64,000 nt of DNA from Gemmatimonadaceae bacterium (GCA_051859245.1 JBHYGA010000001.1:160001-224000), one strand, 5' to 3'; numbered from the stretch's first letter, positions 51,517 to 61,873 are shown. Numbers and translations are program-made. Notes: generated by a model not told the origin, from the sequence alone.

Positions 51517-52732
51517 CAAGCGTAACCGCCAACGAGTCCATCCACTGCGGCATGGACGGACGAAGACGCGAGTGACTGTCGTTCACGATCAGTGACAGCG
51601 TGAGGCCGAGCCTTGGATAGTGCCGAACTTCCGTGCGATAACCAGGGAAGAATCCACTGTGCCCACGCACTGGTCCGGCAATGGTGGAATCGCGAAGAAT
51701 CATGCCCAGTCCGTAACGTGTCCCTGCGCCCAGCGCGCGCGCATCCGGTCCGGTGATTGCCTGCTTGAGGAGCGCGTCGCCGAAGGGCTGACCCGAGAAA
51801 TACAGCGCGCCCCACGATGCGAGATCGCCCGCTGATGCTGCGTATCCACCACCGGCGCCTTCAAACTGCGGGTTGATGATCATGCGCCCGCTGTCGAGCA
51901 TGGCGTCGCGTCCACCAAACGGATTGCGCGGGCCGGCGTAGCCCTGCGCCACACCGTCGAGCGTTCGCGAGTCGGACGGCAACGTGTTGCGCAAACCATT
52001 GGGCCTGAGGACGCGTTCGGCGATGAGCGAATCGATCGGTGTGGACGTAATGGCTTCGATCACCAACGCGAGCACGAGATAGTTGGTGTCGGAATAATCC
52101 CAACCGGCACCGGCTGCAAACGGTGCCGTTGTACCATGTAAGTAGCGCACCTGTTCTCGCGGATCCCATACCTTGTCGGGATTACGCGTGAGCGTTTCAA
52201 GAAACTCCGGACGGAACTCGTAGCGCACCAATCCGGAGGTGTGCTGCATGAGCATGCGGACCGTAATGTCCGCGGCATTCGGCACCGAGTCATACCAACC
52301 CTGTCCACCGACGTATCGACTCACGCGTGCGTCGAGATCGAGGCGCCCGTCGCGTACGAGCTGCAGTGCGATGGCGGCCACGTAGGTTTTGCCCACGCTG
52401 CCGAGCAACAAACGGTCGGCAGGTTGCATCGCGCGGCGCTGCGTTGAGTCAGACATGCCAGACGCGAACTGCTGCGTCGCGCGATTCGACATGGCGACAC
52501 CGAGTACCATGCCGGGCACAGCACTACTGCCGCGATAGAGATCGAGTGCGCGCTGTGCTCGCGCCGCAATACTATCCGGCTGTCGTAGGGCCAGCGTGCG
52601 CGCGTGTGATGTGGCAGCAGCGGCGCCGCTTGTAACGGCACTCGACTCGCTCGTCGGTGCAGTGGTGACCGAAACGGCGGGTGATACTACGAGCGGAACA
52701 GCAAACAGAATCGCGAGGTGGACGCGTGACAT
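51503..52732 (-). CDS. Serine hydrolase (beta-lactamase class C / D-peptidase family)
   Basis: SxxK (GSVGK), LMQHTSG, YSDTNY and GHSG; signal-like N-terminus. Confidence 0.88.
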   Translation of the reverse strand: MSRVHLAILFAVPLVVSPAVSVTTAPTSESSAVTSGAAAATSHARTLALRQPDSIAARAQRALDLYRGSSAVPGMVLGVAMSNRATQQFASGMSDSTQRRAMQPADRLLLGSVGKTYVAAIALQLVRDGRLDLDARVSRYVGGQGWYDSVPNAADITVRMLMQHTSGLVRYEFRPEFLETLTRNPDKVWDPREQVRYLHGTTAPFAAGAGWDYSDTNYLVLALVIEAITSTPIDSLIAERVLRPNGLRNTLPSDSRTLDGVAQGYAGPRNPFGGRDAMLDSGRMIINPQFEGAGGGYAASAGDLASWGALYFSGQPFGDALLKQAITGPDARALGAGTRYGLGMILRDSTIAGPVRGHSGFFPGYRTEVRHYPRLGLTLSLIVNDSHSRLRPSMPQWMDSLAVTLVNDR

Positions 52733-52915
52733 GGCAACGGGAGTGCTGGTGGCGAGCGTACTGGCTGATTTGAAGCTACTCGGAACGCGATTCACCATCA
52801 AAGCGGCACGGTTGGGCCCGATCTCTGCGCTCGCATCTGCGGTCGTCCGCAGTATGTGGCTTGAGCGCGTGAACGGCGAGCGAGTGGTTGACCAGCGAAA
52901 CGGAGCGACGGTACG

Positions 52916-54001
52916 ATGCGGCAGTTGTGGCTTGCGCGATTTTCATCATCACCCTCGTGGGTAAGGCGGCGCTCGTCGGTTCGTGCACTGGGTCTCGCGA
53001 TCATCATCGCCGAGTCACTGCATGCGCAGACGGGCGCGCGTGTCGCACCCGTTACCGAGGCATTGCCGGCCATGCCCAGAGTGCATGCGCAGCTGATTCT
53101 GCCCGATTCACTGTTTTTCCCCGAGGGGCTGGATGTCGATGCGCGATCGGGCGCGGTGTACATCACGAGTATCGCGTATGGTCAGGTGATACGCGTGGAT
53201 TCCGCCGGAGCCGTCGCGCAGGTATTGCCGCGTGGGCGCGAGCCGATGGCGGCGGTGTTTGGCGTGGCCGTGGACACGGCGAGGAATATGCTGTGGCTCA
53301 CCACGGCTCCACATCCTCGGCGATCCGCGATGATGCAGGCCGACGCATCGCGTGCTGTAACGCCTGATGTACAGGCCGCACTCTTGCAGGTGCGGCTGCA
53401 CGACGGCGTGCTTGTACAGCGCTGGCCGTTAGGCGACAGCACCAGTATGCCAGGCGAGTTGGCCGTGCTGCCGAATGGCGATGTGATCGTGAGCGACGGA
53501 ATTCGTGGTGCGCTGTATCGCGTGCGCAATGGCGATGTGCGCGCGATTACGCATCCGCTGCTGCGCTCGCCACAGGGAGTTGCCACACGCGGCGACGGAA
53601 GCGTTGTGTGGATCGCGGACTGGTCTCGCGGTTTGCTGCGTTGGGATACGCGCAACGATAGTGTCATCCAGGTGCCGCTGTCGCAGGGGGGAATCCTGCG
53701 CGGCATTGATGGGCTGCGTTTTCACAAAGGCCGATTTCTGGTGGTGCAGAACGGGGCGAGTCCAGCCCGCGTGCTTGCCCTGCGTCTCGATCCTGAAGGT
53801 GCACGCATCGATGACGTGCGCGTGCTGGATGCGCTGCCGGAATGGAATGGGGAGCCTACCGTTGGTGCGTTGTTACCGGGTGAGTACGTGTACGTGAGTA
53901 CCAGTCAGTGGCCCCACTGGACGGAGGCGGGTGCGCGCAAAGGCACCATGCCGCTACCGCCGGTCATTCTGAGGCGCGTGATGTTCGAACGATACGAGTA
54001 G
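52916..54001 (+). CDS. Secreted beta-propeller protein (SMP-30/gluconolactonase-like)
   Basis: FPEGLDVD, SPQG, GIDGL and VQNG motifs. Start uncertain. Confidence 0.65.
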   Translation: MRQLWLARFSSSPSWVRRRSSVRALGLAIIIAESLHAQTGARVAPVTEALPAMPRVHAQLILPDSLFFPEGLDVDARSGAVYITSIAYGQVIRVDSAGAVAQVLPRGREPMAAVFGVAVDTARNMLWLTTAPHPRRSAMMQADASRAVTPDVQAALLQVRLHDGVLVQRWPLGDSTSMPGELAVLPNGDVIVSDGIRGALYRVRNGDVRAITHPLLRSPQGVATRGDGSVVWIADWSRGLLRWDTRNDSVIQVPLSQGGILRGIDGLRFHKGRFLVVQNGASPARVLALRLDPEGARIDDVRVLDALPEWNGEPTVGALLPGEYVYVSTSQWPHWTEAGARKGTMPLPPVILRRVMFERYE

Positions 54002-54115
54002 GGTCTGGCGCGACAGGCGTGTTAACATGGTGATGGCGAGCACGTCCCTAGATGGGTATGGCGCTCCGGTCCATCGGCGCGTTCACCTCTCTCGCATCGT
54101 GTCGTGGAGTTTCGC

Positions 54116-55330
54116 ATGTCTCAGCTCTCGCTCCCGCTGGTCGGCTTTGTATTGATGGCACTCGCCGCGTGCGGTGGCGCAGATGCGGGTCCATCCACGC
54201 TCGACGAGAGTGCCACGCCAACAGCCCCTGCGCCGCCGCCGGTGGCGCAACCACCTGTGAATGCATTTCCGGGCGTAACGGCGTTTCTTACGCTTGACAT
54301 GAATGCGCTGCCCAACTTTGCGGCGCCGTCGTATCCTGTGCACTATGACGCGGCTGTCATGGGCCGCGAGAACAGCGGTGCCAACCCGGTCACGAACATT
54401 GGTGCCGCACTGGGTGGCGTGCTGTTTCATGATCGCCAGCTCAGCGTGAACGGCACGGTGTCGTGCGCGTCCTGCCATCAGCAGGCGGATGGCTTCACCG
54501 ATCGCGCGCGCTTCAGTGTTGGTTTTGACGGTGTACGTCGTACAGACATGCACTCCATGCGATTGGCCAACGCGCGGTTCCAGCCCGATGCCGGATTTTT
54601 CTGGGATCGTCGCGCTGCAACGCTTGAAGCGCAGGCGACAGAGCCAATCCGCAACGCGGTTGAAATGGGATTTGACAGCAGCGTTGGTGGCATGGATTCG
54701 TTGCTGCGTCGCATGCGCACGCTGCCATACTATCCTGAATTGTTTCGCGCGGCGTTTGGTGACTCGCTGATCACGGAAGATCGAATGCAGCGGGCGCTCG
54801 CGCAGTACATGCGCAGCATTGTGTCAACGCGCAGTCGCTGGGATGACGAGTACGCACGCGTGTATTCACTCACCGTGCCCAATCGCGGCCTTAATCTCAA
54901 TCTCGCCGGTCTTTCGGCCGCCGAGAATCGTGGGCGGCAGCTCTTCTTCGATCCACCGCCGCAAGGTGGTGCCGGCTGCGCGGGCTGTCACTCGGCGCCC
55001 ACTTTTGCACTGGCTGTCGGCGTCCGTGGCAACGGATTGGATGCCGGTGAAGTGATCGCGTTCAAGTCACCGTCTCTCAAGAACGTGGCCGTTCGCGGAC
55101 CGTACATGCACGACGGGCGCTTTGAAACGCTTGAGGCGGTGGTGGAGCACTACGCGAGTGGCGTTCGGCTCGGGCCCGCGCTCGATCAGCGGCTCCGTGG
55201 TGGAAACGGGCAGCCGCTTCGGCTGAATCTCACGGCTGCCGACAAAGCGGCACTGGTTGCCTTTCTAGGCACGCTCACCGACTCCGTGCTGCTCAGTGAT
55301 CCGAAGTTCGGGAATCCGTTCCGTCGGTAG
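54116..55330 (+). CDS. Diheme cytochrome c peroxidase/MauG-family lipoprotein
   Basis: Lipobox LAAC; CASCH and CAGCH haem motifs; FFWD and FKSPSLKNV...PYMHDG...VVEHY. Confidence 0.9.
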   Translation: MSQLSLPLVGFVLMALAACGGADAGPSTLDESATPTAPAPPPVAQPPVNAFPGVTAFLTLDMNALPNFAAPSYPVHYDAAVMGRENSGANPVTNIGAALGGVLFHDRQLSVNGTVSCASCHQQADGFTDRARFSVGFDGVRRTDMHSMRLANARFQPDAGFFWDRRAATLEAQATEPIRNAVEMGFDSSVGGMDSLLRRMRTLPYYPELFRAAFGDSLITEDRMQRALAQYMRSIVSTRSRWDDEYARVYSLTVPNRGLNLNLAGLSAAENRGRQLFFDPPPQGGAGCAGCHSAPTFALAVGVRGNGLDAGEVIAFKSPSLKNVAVRGPYMHDGRFETLEAVVEHYASGVRLGPALDQRLRGGNGQPLRLNLTAADKAALVAFLGTLTDSVLLSDPKFGNPFRR

Positions 55331-55354
55331 CGAGCCTGCTGACCCGCGCGCGAT

Positions 55355-56545
55355 TTATCGACGCGCGGGCGGTCGTTCGTACGATGAGGTGATGGAATCC
55401 CACGGCGACGTACTGCGCGATTGTTCGTAGCCGATTTGCTCCAGGCGCAGCATCCACGGCTTGTCAAACAATTTCTGCGCGCCTGGTTCGTCGATCAATG
55501 AGGCGTGTGGCTGCGCAATGCGCACTTGCATGCGCAGTCCGGGTACGTCTGCAGACACAGCACGCCCCAGTTCCTGCAGACGCTCCAGCTGATGCGGCTG
55601 CGAGGCCCAGAACAGCAGCTCGTTGGTACGACCGCTGATTTTGCCTCGGTTTGACGGCTTGATCATGCGCACCGGCGCGTGCGTGAACACATTCATGATC
55701 ACCCACACGCGCACATTCACGTCGCCTTGCACCCCTACGGCGCGAAGTCGCGCGGCGAGTTCACGATAATCTTCCAGAGACAGCAGCGGCAACACATTGG
55801 AAATCACGCCGCCGTCACTGTGCACGTGCCCGTCAATAATGCGCGGGGGAAAAATCCCGGGAATCGCGGTGGCCGTGTAGAGCAGCAACCGCGCACGATC
55901 GAGCGGCGCCTCGGGCGCGTTGAGGGCCACGCTCAAATCCCAGATGCGACCGATACCCAGATCCATGTCGGTCGTCGCAATGAGCAGTTGCCGACTCTTT
56001 GCAAACTCCGTTTGAAGACTGGCCTGCATGGATTCATTCACAACGGACGCAATGGAACGCTCGTACCGCGAGGTGTTCACGAGTCCACCGGTACGGCGCA
56101 GCCAGAACCACCAGTCGAGCGTGGGCGCAATCCGATCAGCCGCCGACCGATACAGTTGCGTGATAGTATCCAACGCGGCCGGCGTGCCTAGCAATGCAAA
56201 CGGTGCCTGAAGCGCGCCGGTGCTGATGGCGCTCACGAGATCGAACTGTGGCATGGCGTCAGAGGAACGCGACGCCCAGCCGCGCATGAAACCAACGCCG
56301 AACGCGCCGTGCTGCCCGCCGCCGGACAGCATCAGGATATCGAGCGTGCGATCAGGGCGCGCCTGTGCGCGCCGCACGAGTCGATTGAGAATGGAATCAC
56401 GCGTGACAGCATGCGCGACACGCGCCTGATCGCCGTCCGCTCGAATGGCGGCGAGATCTGTGCTGGGTCGGGAAATCGCCGCACAGGCGGCGAAGCTCTG
56501 CAACAAGACGAACGCACTCACCACACGCACGATGCATCGACGCAT
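55355..56545 (-). CDS. Patatin-like phospholipase
   Basis: LSGGGQHGAF, AISTG (variant of GxSxG), AIPGIFPP and DGG. Confidence 0.85.
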   Translation of the reverse strand: MRRCIVRVVSAFVLLQSFAACAAISRPSTDLAAIRADGDQARVAHAVTRDSILNRLVRRAQARPDRTLDILMLSGGGQHGAFGVGFMRGWASRSSDAMPQFDLVSAISTGALQAPFALLGTPAALDTITQLYRSAADRIAPTLDWWFWLRRTGGLVNTSRYERSIASVVNESMQASLQTEFAKSRQLLIATTDMDLGIGRIWDLSVALNAPEAPLDRARLLLYTATAIPGIFPPRIIDGHVHSDGGVISNVLPLLSLEDYRELAARLRAVGVQGDVNVRVWVIMNVFTHAPVRMIKPSNRGKISGRTNELLFWASQPHQLERLQELGRAVSADVPGLRMQVRIAQPHASLIDEPGAQKLFDKPWMLRLEQIGYEQSRSTSPWDSITSSYERPPARR

Positions 56546-56565
56546 CACCAACGCCTCCAAAGGTT

Positions 56566-57126
56566 TCACCACGGATTGAGCTGATATCCCTGCGACTGCA
56601 ACACGTTCATCGCCGTCATGGCCGAAAGCGCGAGTTGCACGCCGGGAATCAGTTTGTCGCGTGGCACATCACGCCCCATCGATGTCTGTCCGCACAGAAT
56701 GATCCTGACCCCAGCCTGTAACAGCTCCCGGATAAGCGGACCACTCGGGTTGGCGGTTCCGTAGCGCGCCTTGTACGTGGCGTCATCCAGCAGGTCTTTA
56801 CCGGCCGTGCCATGCACGACCGCCGCGAGCTGAATGTTCTCACGCGGCACCCCTGCACGCGCGTGAAGATTCAGAAAGCGCGCCACGGTATTGAGCTGTT
56901 CGTTAAAGGCCATGGCGGGCGCGGGTGCTCCAGGCGCGGCGTCCGTTACGCCGCGATTGATCTCGAACACCACCTTGTACACGTGTTCACGTGGTGTCTC
57001 AAACGTGGGGTACGGCACGTCAAATACGGCGCCGCCAGACCGAATGACGGGACCGGTGGTGGCCTGCGACCAGACAGGTGCCGCCGCCGCAAAAAGCAAG
57101 AACGCAAGTGCCGTGATTCGACGCAT
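56566..57126 (-). CDS. Secreted DsrE-family protein
   Basis: Signal peptide; KVVF, ARFLNLH, VVHG and GV.I.LCGQT. Confidence 0.8.
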   Translation of the reverse strand: MRRITALAFLLFAAAAPVWSQATTGPVIRSGGAVFDVPYPTFETPREHVYKVVFEINRGVTDAAPGAPAPAMAFNEQLNTVARFLNLHARAGVPRENIQLAAVVHGTAGKDLLDDATYKARYGTANPSGPLIRELLQAGVRIILCGQTSMGRDVPRDKLIPGVQLALSAMTAMNVLQSQGYQLNPW

Positions 57127-57149
57127 CAGAAAACTCCGGAGAGAATGTA

Positions 57150-57171
57150 CTATCGCAGCGCTATCGCAGCG
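57150..57171. repeat. 11-bp tandem duplication CTATCGCAGCG x2 spanning a stop codon
   Basis: Copies at 57150-57160 and 57161-57171 are identical. Confidence 0.85.
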
Positions 57172-58429
57172 CAGTCAGCACGCGCTGTACCAATCCATCA
57201 ACGGAGCCGTTGTTGATCCAGCGTGCGACAATCACCAGATCATGCTCTGGCACAGCAATGATGATGTTCGTGCCATTGCCAACATGTGCGAACGTTTTTG
57301 GCGTCGCACTCGCGAGATACTTGCCGTCGGTGTTCAGGAACCAGTTCATGTAGCCGTACGTGAGCTGCGCGGGCGTTGGTGTGGTGGCCTGCGTTACCCA
57401 CTGCTCACTCAACAACTGCTTGCCCTTCCATTGACCGCGGCGCAGCGTGAGCAATCCGAACCGCGCCTGGTCACGCGCGCTGATGAACATGCCACCGCCC
57501 CAGTGTCCACCGCCGCTCACAACTTCAATCGCGCGTCCGTCAAGCTGAATCTTGGACGTTTCATATCCCATCCATCGCCACGTGGGCGATGCACCAATCG
57601 GGTCCATGATGAACTCACGCAACACCTCCGGAAGCGGACGGCGCCACACACTGGTCGCCGCGAGCGCCAACAGATTCACGCGCGTGTCGTTGTACTCGTA
57701 CACAGTGCCAGGCTCTTTGCGTGCGCGACCGAGCCACGTGGCTGCATCACGATCCGGACGATCGGCCCACTCCGGTTTTCCCCAGAGCACACCGTCCCAG
57801 TCACTGGTTTGCCGCAACAAATGATCCCACGTAATGCGTGAGTTGTGCGGCCCGGTGAAGGGTTCGAGCAGCGCGCCGTTGGCCGGTCGGTCGGCACCGA
57901 GTCCGCCGCGAAGCGGATGCAGCGACACAATCGGACCGACATAACTCGCCGCACGATCATTCACGTTGCGAATCAGTCCGCGGTCAACTGCGAGTCCAAC
58001 CGTGCTGGAGAGAAAACTCTTGGACACACTGAAGGTCATATCGACCCGATCAGGATCGCCCCATTCGGCCACGATGTAACCGCCGCGCACGATCATACCT
58101 GTCGCGTCGCCACGCGGCGTGAACACACCGGCCGCGTCACCAAAAGGCTCACGCCCAAACGACTGGTAGTGCGCCATTTCAAGATCGCGAGGCGTGCGCG
58201 CTTCATTTTCAATCGCAAACGCGATCGCCGCGGCAAGTCGCGCGGAGTCAAAGCCAGCAGCCTGCGCCGAACGACGCTGCCAGGCTGGTCCGGCATCTGG
58301 GTAGTACGCGTTGGCCGGAACCGTCCACGTTTGTGGCGCACGTGTTTCGAGTGCTGCGGTTTGCGCCGGGAGCAACTCGGCCGCGACGATCGCAAACAAC
58401 ACGGCGAACAAGGTCAACACGCGGGTCAT
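57161..58429 (-). CDS. Serine hydrolase (class C beta-lactamase-related, NylB-like)
   Basis: FSVSKS, HLLRQTS, YEYND and SARDQARFG; signal peptide. Confidence 0.88.
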   Translation of the reverse strand: MTRVLTLFAVLFAIVAAELLPAQTAALETRAPQTWTVPANAYYPDAGPAWQRRSAQAAGFDSARLAAAIAFAIENEARTPRDLEMAHYQSFGREPFGDAAGVFTPRGDATGMIVRGGYIVAEWGDPDRVDMTFSVSKSFLSSTVGLAVDRGLIRNVNDRAASYVGPIVSLHPLRGGLGADRPANGALLEPFTGPHNSRITWDHLLRQTSDWDGVLWGKPEWADRPDRDAATWLGRARKEPGTVYEYNDTRVNLLALAATSVWRRPLPEVLREFIMDPIGASPTWRWMGYETSKIQLDGRAIEVVSGGGHWGGGMFISARDQARFGLLTLRRGQWKGKQLLSEQWVTQATTPTPAQLTYGYMNWFLNTDGKYLASATPKTFAHVGNGTNIIIAVPEHDLVIVARWINNGSVDGLVQRVLTALR

Positions 58430-59043
58430 TCGTTCGTCTCTGTGTCGGACGCAGACTCGGTATCAGCGTCAGGTTCCGATTCGGTAAGGTAGGATCGCGT
58501 GGTGAGAAATGCCGCGATCACCGCGCGATCGGTAAAGACATCAAGCTTTCCAGACATGGACGCGACGCGAATTAGGCAACCGGTGCCCACGGGTGACGCA
58601 ATGACAATCGCGTCGTGCGTGATGCACACCGCTTCCGCTTCGGGTGGCACGTCTTCCGCAGTGCCGGACTGTTGCACCACCGCTTCCATGCGCGACGCAT
58701 CAATGCGTTCGTCTTCGCTTTCGACCTTCGACACCGATAGCCACGTGGCGCCGGTGAACAGCACGACATCGTTACCGCCGAGTCCGAGATCGGTGGTTTC
58801 GTAGACGGTGGCGTCGACTAGATCATCGTGCGCGGTGTCGTCGAGGATGTCATCGGCCACCAGACACGTGGCCGCGAAGCCGGGCTCAATGTCGTGCAGC
58901 TCAACGCGAAACTGCACGGCCGTGCCGTCGGCAAGTCGAACGGTGACCACGCGCTCGGACGCTTGCACATCGCGCCACGCGCCACGCAGACGACGAAACG
59001 TTTCAATACTGTCGTTGTCGGCCTGAAATCGGTACTCACGCAC
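58426..59043 (-). CDS. Acidic hypothetical protein
   Basis: GTG start after GAGGT; stop overlaps the next gene start (ATGA); no recognised motif. Confidence 0.6.
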   Translation of the reverse strand: MREYRFQADNDSIETFRRLRGAWRDVQASERVVTVRLADGTAVQFRVELHDIEPGFAATCLVADDILDDTAHDDLVDATVYETTDLGLGGNDVVLFTGATWLSVSKVESEDERIDASRMEAVVQQSGTAEDVPPEAEAVCITHDAIVIASPVGTGCLIRVASMSGKLDVFTDRAVIAAFLTTRSYLTESEPDADTESASDTETNE

Positions 59044-59181
59044 GGGCGCACCTCGTGATCCACGCAAGGTGCACCCGGTCATCAAGCCGAACACATGAAA
59101 GAGAGATGGAATCCATCCCTTCAAACTACCTGAAGCACCGCAGGTTGTTGAGCGGTGCCCCGTTTCGAGCGCACAACGGCG

Positions 59182-60702
59182 CTAGAGCGACCAACCCGCG
59201 CGGTATTCACGCGTGAGGAAGGGATTGAGCACTTCCGCATTGGTAAACCGCATGGCGGAGGCATCATAGAATGCCTTCTTCCCCTGACCAAGCCGCATCG
59301 CGACCGTGCCAACGAGCATCGTTTCATTCAGCGCGGCCGCATACGCAAACGGTGACGACGCCTCGGCTTCGCCCTTCGCCGCCGCAATCCAGTTCCCTTC
59401 GTGTGAGCCGCCAATGCGCGGGAGCGACACCGGCACGCGTTCGGCCTCGGCCGCCACCGACTCGGGGTACACCTTGGGGTTGTTGCCGTAGGTCTCGTAC
59501 GTGATGATGCCGCGCGATCCGATAATCACACCGCCGCCGCCGTCGCCGAGCGGGAGTGACACGTCATCGGGCAGGTGCGGCGGACGTGGTGGCATGAGTC
59601 CGCCATCGTACCAGAACAGCTTGACGGCGGGCCGATCGCCAACCGCCGGAAACTCATACTCCACTTGGGTGGCGAGCGGGTAGCTGGCCGGCGTTTTGGC
59701 GCCGCCGCCCCAGGGTGAAGTGGCTGCCGTCACGCTCGTTGGCTGCGTGAGTCCGAGTGCCCAGTACGTCTGGTCAACCAAGTGCGCTCCCATGTCGCCG
59801 AGCGCGCCCACGCCAAAGTCCACCCAGCCGCGCCAAGCGAACGGATGATAGGCTGGATGATACGGAACGAGCGGCGCGGGTCCGCAATACAGATCCCAAT
59901 CCAGACCAGGCGGCGGTGACTGCGGGTTGTCAGCCATTGCCCGAAGCACCGCCACTTCGACCGTGCGCGCATTCCACTGCGGCGGACGCGCTGGATCCGG
60001 AGGGCGAACCGCAGGCACTGGGGAGCCGGGACGCGGAATGCCCTGCGCCCAATAGCCGACGGGGCGATCGGTCCAGATGTGCGCGCTCGACACCGTGCCA
60101 AGCACGCCGGAACGCACGATTTCTACTACTCGACGTGTGCCTTCCCGCGAATGCCCCTGATTGCCCATCTGCGTGGCCACTTTGCTCGACGCGGCGAGTT
60201 TGGCGAGGTGACGTGATTCGTGCACGGAGAAGGCGAGTGGCTTCTGCACGTAGACATGTTTGCCAAGCTGCATCGCGGCACTGGCTTGAATCGCGTGCAA
60301 GTGATCGGGCGTGGCAATCATCACCGCGTCAATGTCTTTGCGCTCCTCGAGCATCTTGCGATAGTCGGTGTACTTGGCGGCTTTGGTGTACACCTCTTTC
60401 AACTTGATCGCTTCTTCGGAGACTTTACCATCGCGCGGGCGCAGGCGTCCTTCGAGCTGACGTTCCACGTAGGCAAAATCCACGTCGCACACTGCGACAA
60501 TGTTTTCGCCCATCATTTGCGCCATGTTGTTCATGCCCATGCCGCCAATGCCGATGCAGGCAATGTTCAGCGTGGCGCTGGGCGCGCGCGAGATGATGCC
60601 AGCCGGTGCGCCGGCAAGGAGGTGGCGCGGGAGGACTATGGCGCCGAAGCCGAGGGCAGCCGCGTGCCCGAGAAAATCGCGGCGAGAGGGAGGGGTAGTC
60701 AT
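59182..60702 (-). CDS. Tat-exported Gfo/Idh/MocA-family oxidoreductase
   Basis: SRRDFL signal; IGIGGMG, IATPDHLH, HVYVQKP and GALGDMGAH. Confidence 0.9.
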   Translation of the reverse strand: MTTPPSRRDFLGHAAALGFGAIVLPRHLLAGAPAGIISRAPSATLNIACIGIGGMGMNNMAQMMGENIVAVCDVDFAYVERQLEGRLRPRDGKVSEEAIKLKEVYTKAAKYTDYRKMLEERKDIDAVMIATPDHLHAIQASAAMQLGKHVYVQKPLAFSVHESRHLAKLAASSKVATQMGNQGHSREGTRRVVEIVRSGVLGTVSSAHIWTDRPVGYWAQGIPRPGSPVPAVRPPDPARPPQWNARTVEVAVLRAMADNPQSPPPGLDWDLYCGPAPLVPYHPAYHPFAWRGWVDFGVGALGDMGAHLVDQTYWALGLTQPTSVTAATSPWGGGAKTPASYPLATQVEYEFPAVGDRPAVKLFWYDGGLMPPRPPHLPDDVSLPLGDGGGGVIIGSRGIITYETYGNNPKVYPESVAAEAERVPVSLPRIGGSHEGNWIAAAKGEAEASSPFAYAAALNETMLVGTVAMRLGQGKKAFYDASAMRFTNAEVLNPFLTREYRAGWSL

Positions 60703-60757
60703 GCCGACGACGCTACGGCTCGGCGTCGTCGGCGTCAATAAACAGACGAGAGAAAAA

Positions 60758-61873
60758 TCAGGGCGCGGACGTAACGCGTACGAAACGCGCCACATCGCGT
60801 GGCCCCTGACTGACCACCATGGTATCGCGATCCAGTCGCACGGAGCCTCCCGTATTGATCACGGCGAGAAACCGCTGCTCGACCGCATTCAGCGCGCTGT
60901 CACCGCACGCCATCTTCGAACTGACGGCGGGCCCTGATGTGAGCGTGGTCCCACGAAACGTGGCCGGTGCGCTGAAGCCGTTGCAGCCACCGTTTCCGGA
61001 CAAACGATTCTCGTAACGTTCCCACTTGAGCGACGCCTTGGTGTCCTCGGGCAGCACGGTCGCACCTTCGGGACCGTCGAGACTGACCAGACGCCAGCCG
61101 TTGGCGGCCAGCACATCCAGCGTGCCCTGCGCGGCGCATCCGTCGAGCGGGTCGATGCGGTCCATGGAATCCACCACCAGCGAGAGCGCGGTGCCATCAC
61201 CTTCCATGGCGGGTCGATTCGCTAGATGTCCTTTGAGCCGCACCACCACCGCGTCTCCGGGCTGGATATCAGTGAGTGCCGTGTACGCGCGCTCGAGATT
61301 GATGTATTCGCCGCTCATGTCAACCGGAAACTGCAGGCCGTTCCCGCACTCGACGATTGTTGCGGCATCGGCCATGTACGAGAACGCGGCGATCAGTCGC
61401 GCGGGGTGCGTAATGTCGACCGGCCGCGAAACTGCGGTGAGCGAATAGTTCAGTTCGCCCGCGATGCGCTGGCCCTGTCGATCGAGTTTTGTGAGGGCAC
61501 CACCGGGCTCAACCGCGTAAAAATCCGCCAGGCCCGTGCTTCCGCGCAGCACCACGCGGGTGGCCGAATCGGTGTGCGTCCAGCGACCGAGATCCGTAAA
61601 TGTGGTATCGCCTTTTCCGCCGGTGCCGAGGTAGACGCCTTCGCTGCGGAAGGTGCCGTCTGGGTAGAGCGTGATGGTGGTACGAATTCCCGCGCAATCG
61701 GCGCAGGGAATTTCTCCGACCCAACTCGCGGCGCCCGGCAGGTCCGCGATATCACGAGCCGACACGTCTCCCGACACGGCGCTGTCCGCGCTATCACGAG
61801 CCGCGTCCGATCCACCGCAGGCTGCGGTGAGGCCGATGAGAAGGAGAGATGCCAGTCGTAGCGCAATCCTCAT
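60758..61873 (-). CDS. Lipoprotein: NlpE/CutF N-domain, OB-like middle domain and META domain
   Basis: Lipobox LTAAC; G.IPCADCAGI, FSYMADAA and C-terminal W.L...GNGGCN.F...SSKMAC. Confidence 0.82.
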   Translation of the reverse strand: MRIALRLASLLLIGLTAACGGSDAARDSADSAVSGDVSARDIADLPGAASWVGEIPCADCAGIRTTITLYPDGTFRSEGVYLGTGGKGDTTFTDLGRWTHTDSATRVVLRGSTGLADFYAVEPGGALTKLDRQGQRIAGELNYSLTAVSRPVDITHPARLIAAFSYMADAATIVECGNGLQFPVDMSGEYINLERAYTALTDIQPGDAVVVRLKGHLANRPAMEGDGTALSLVVDSMDRIDPLDGCAAQGTLDVLAANGWRLVSLDGPEGATVLPEDTKASLKWERYENRLSGNGGCNGFSAPATFRGTTLTSGPAVSSKMACGDSALNAVEQRFLAVINTGGSVRLDRDTMVVSQGPRDVARFVRVTSAP

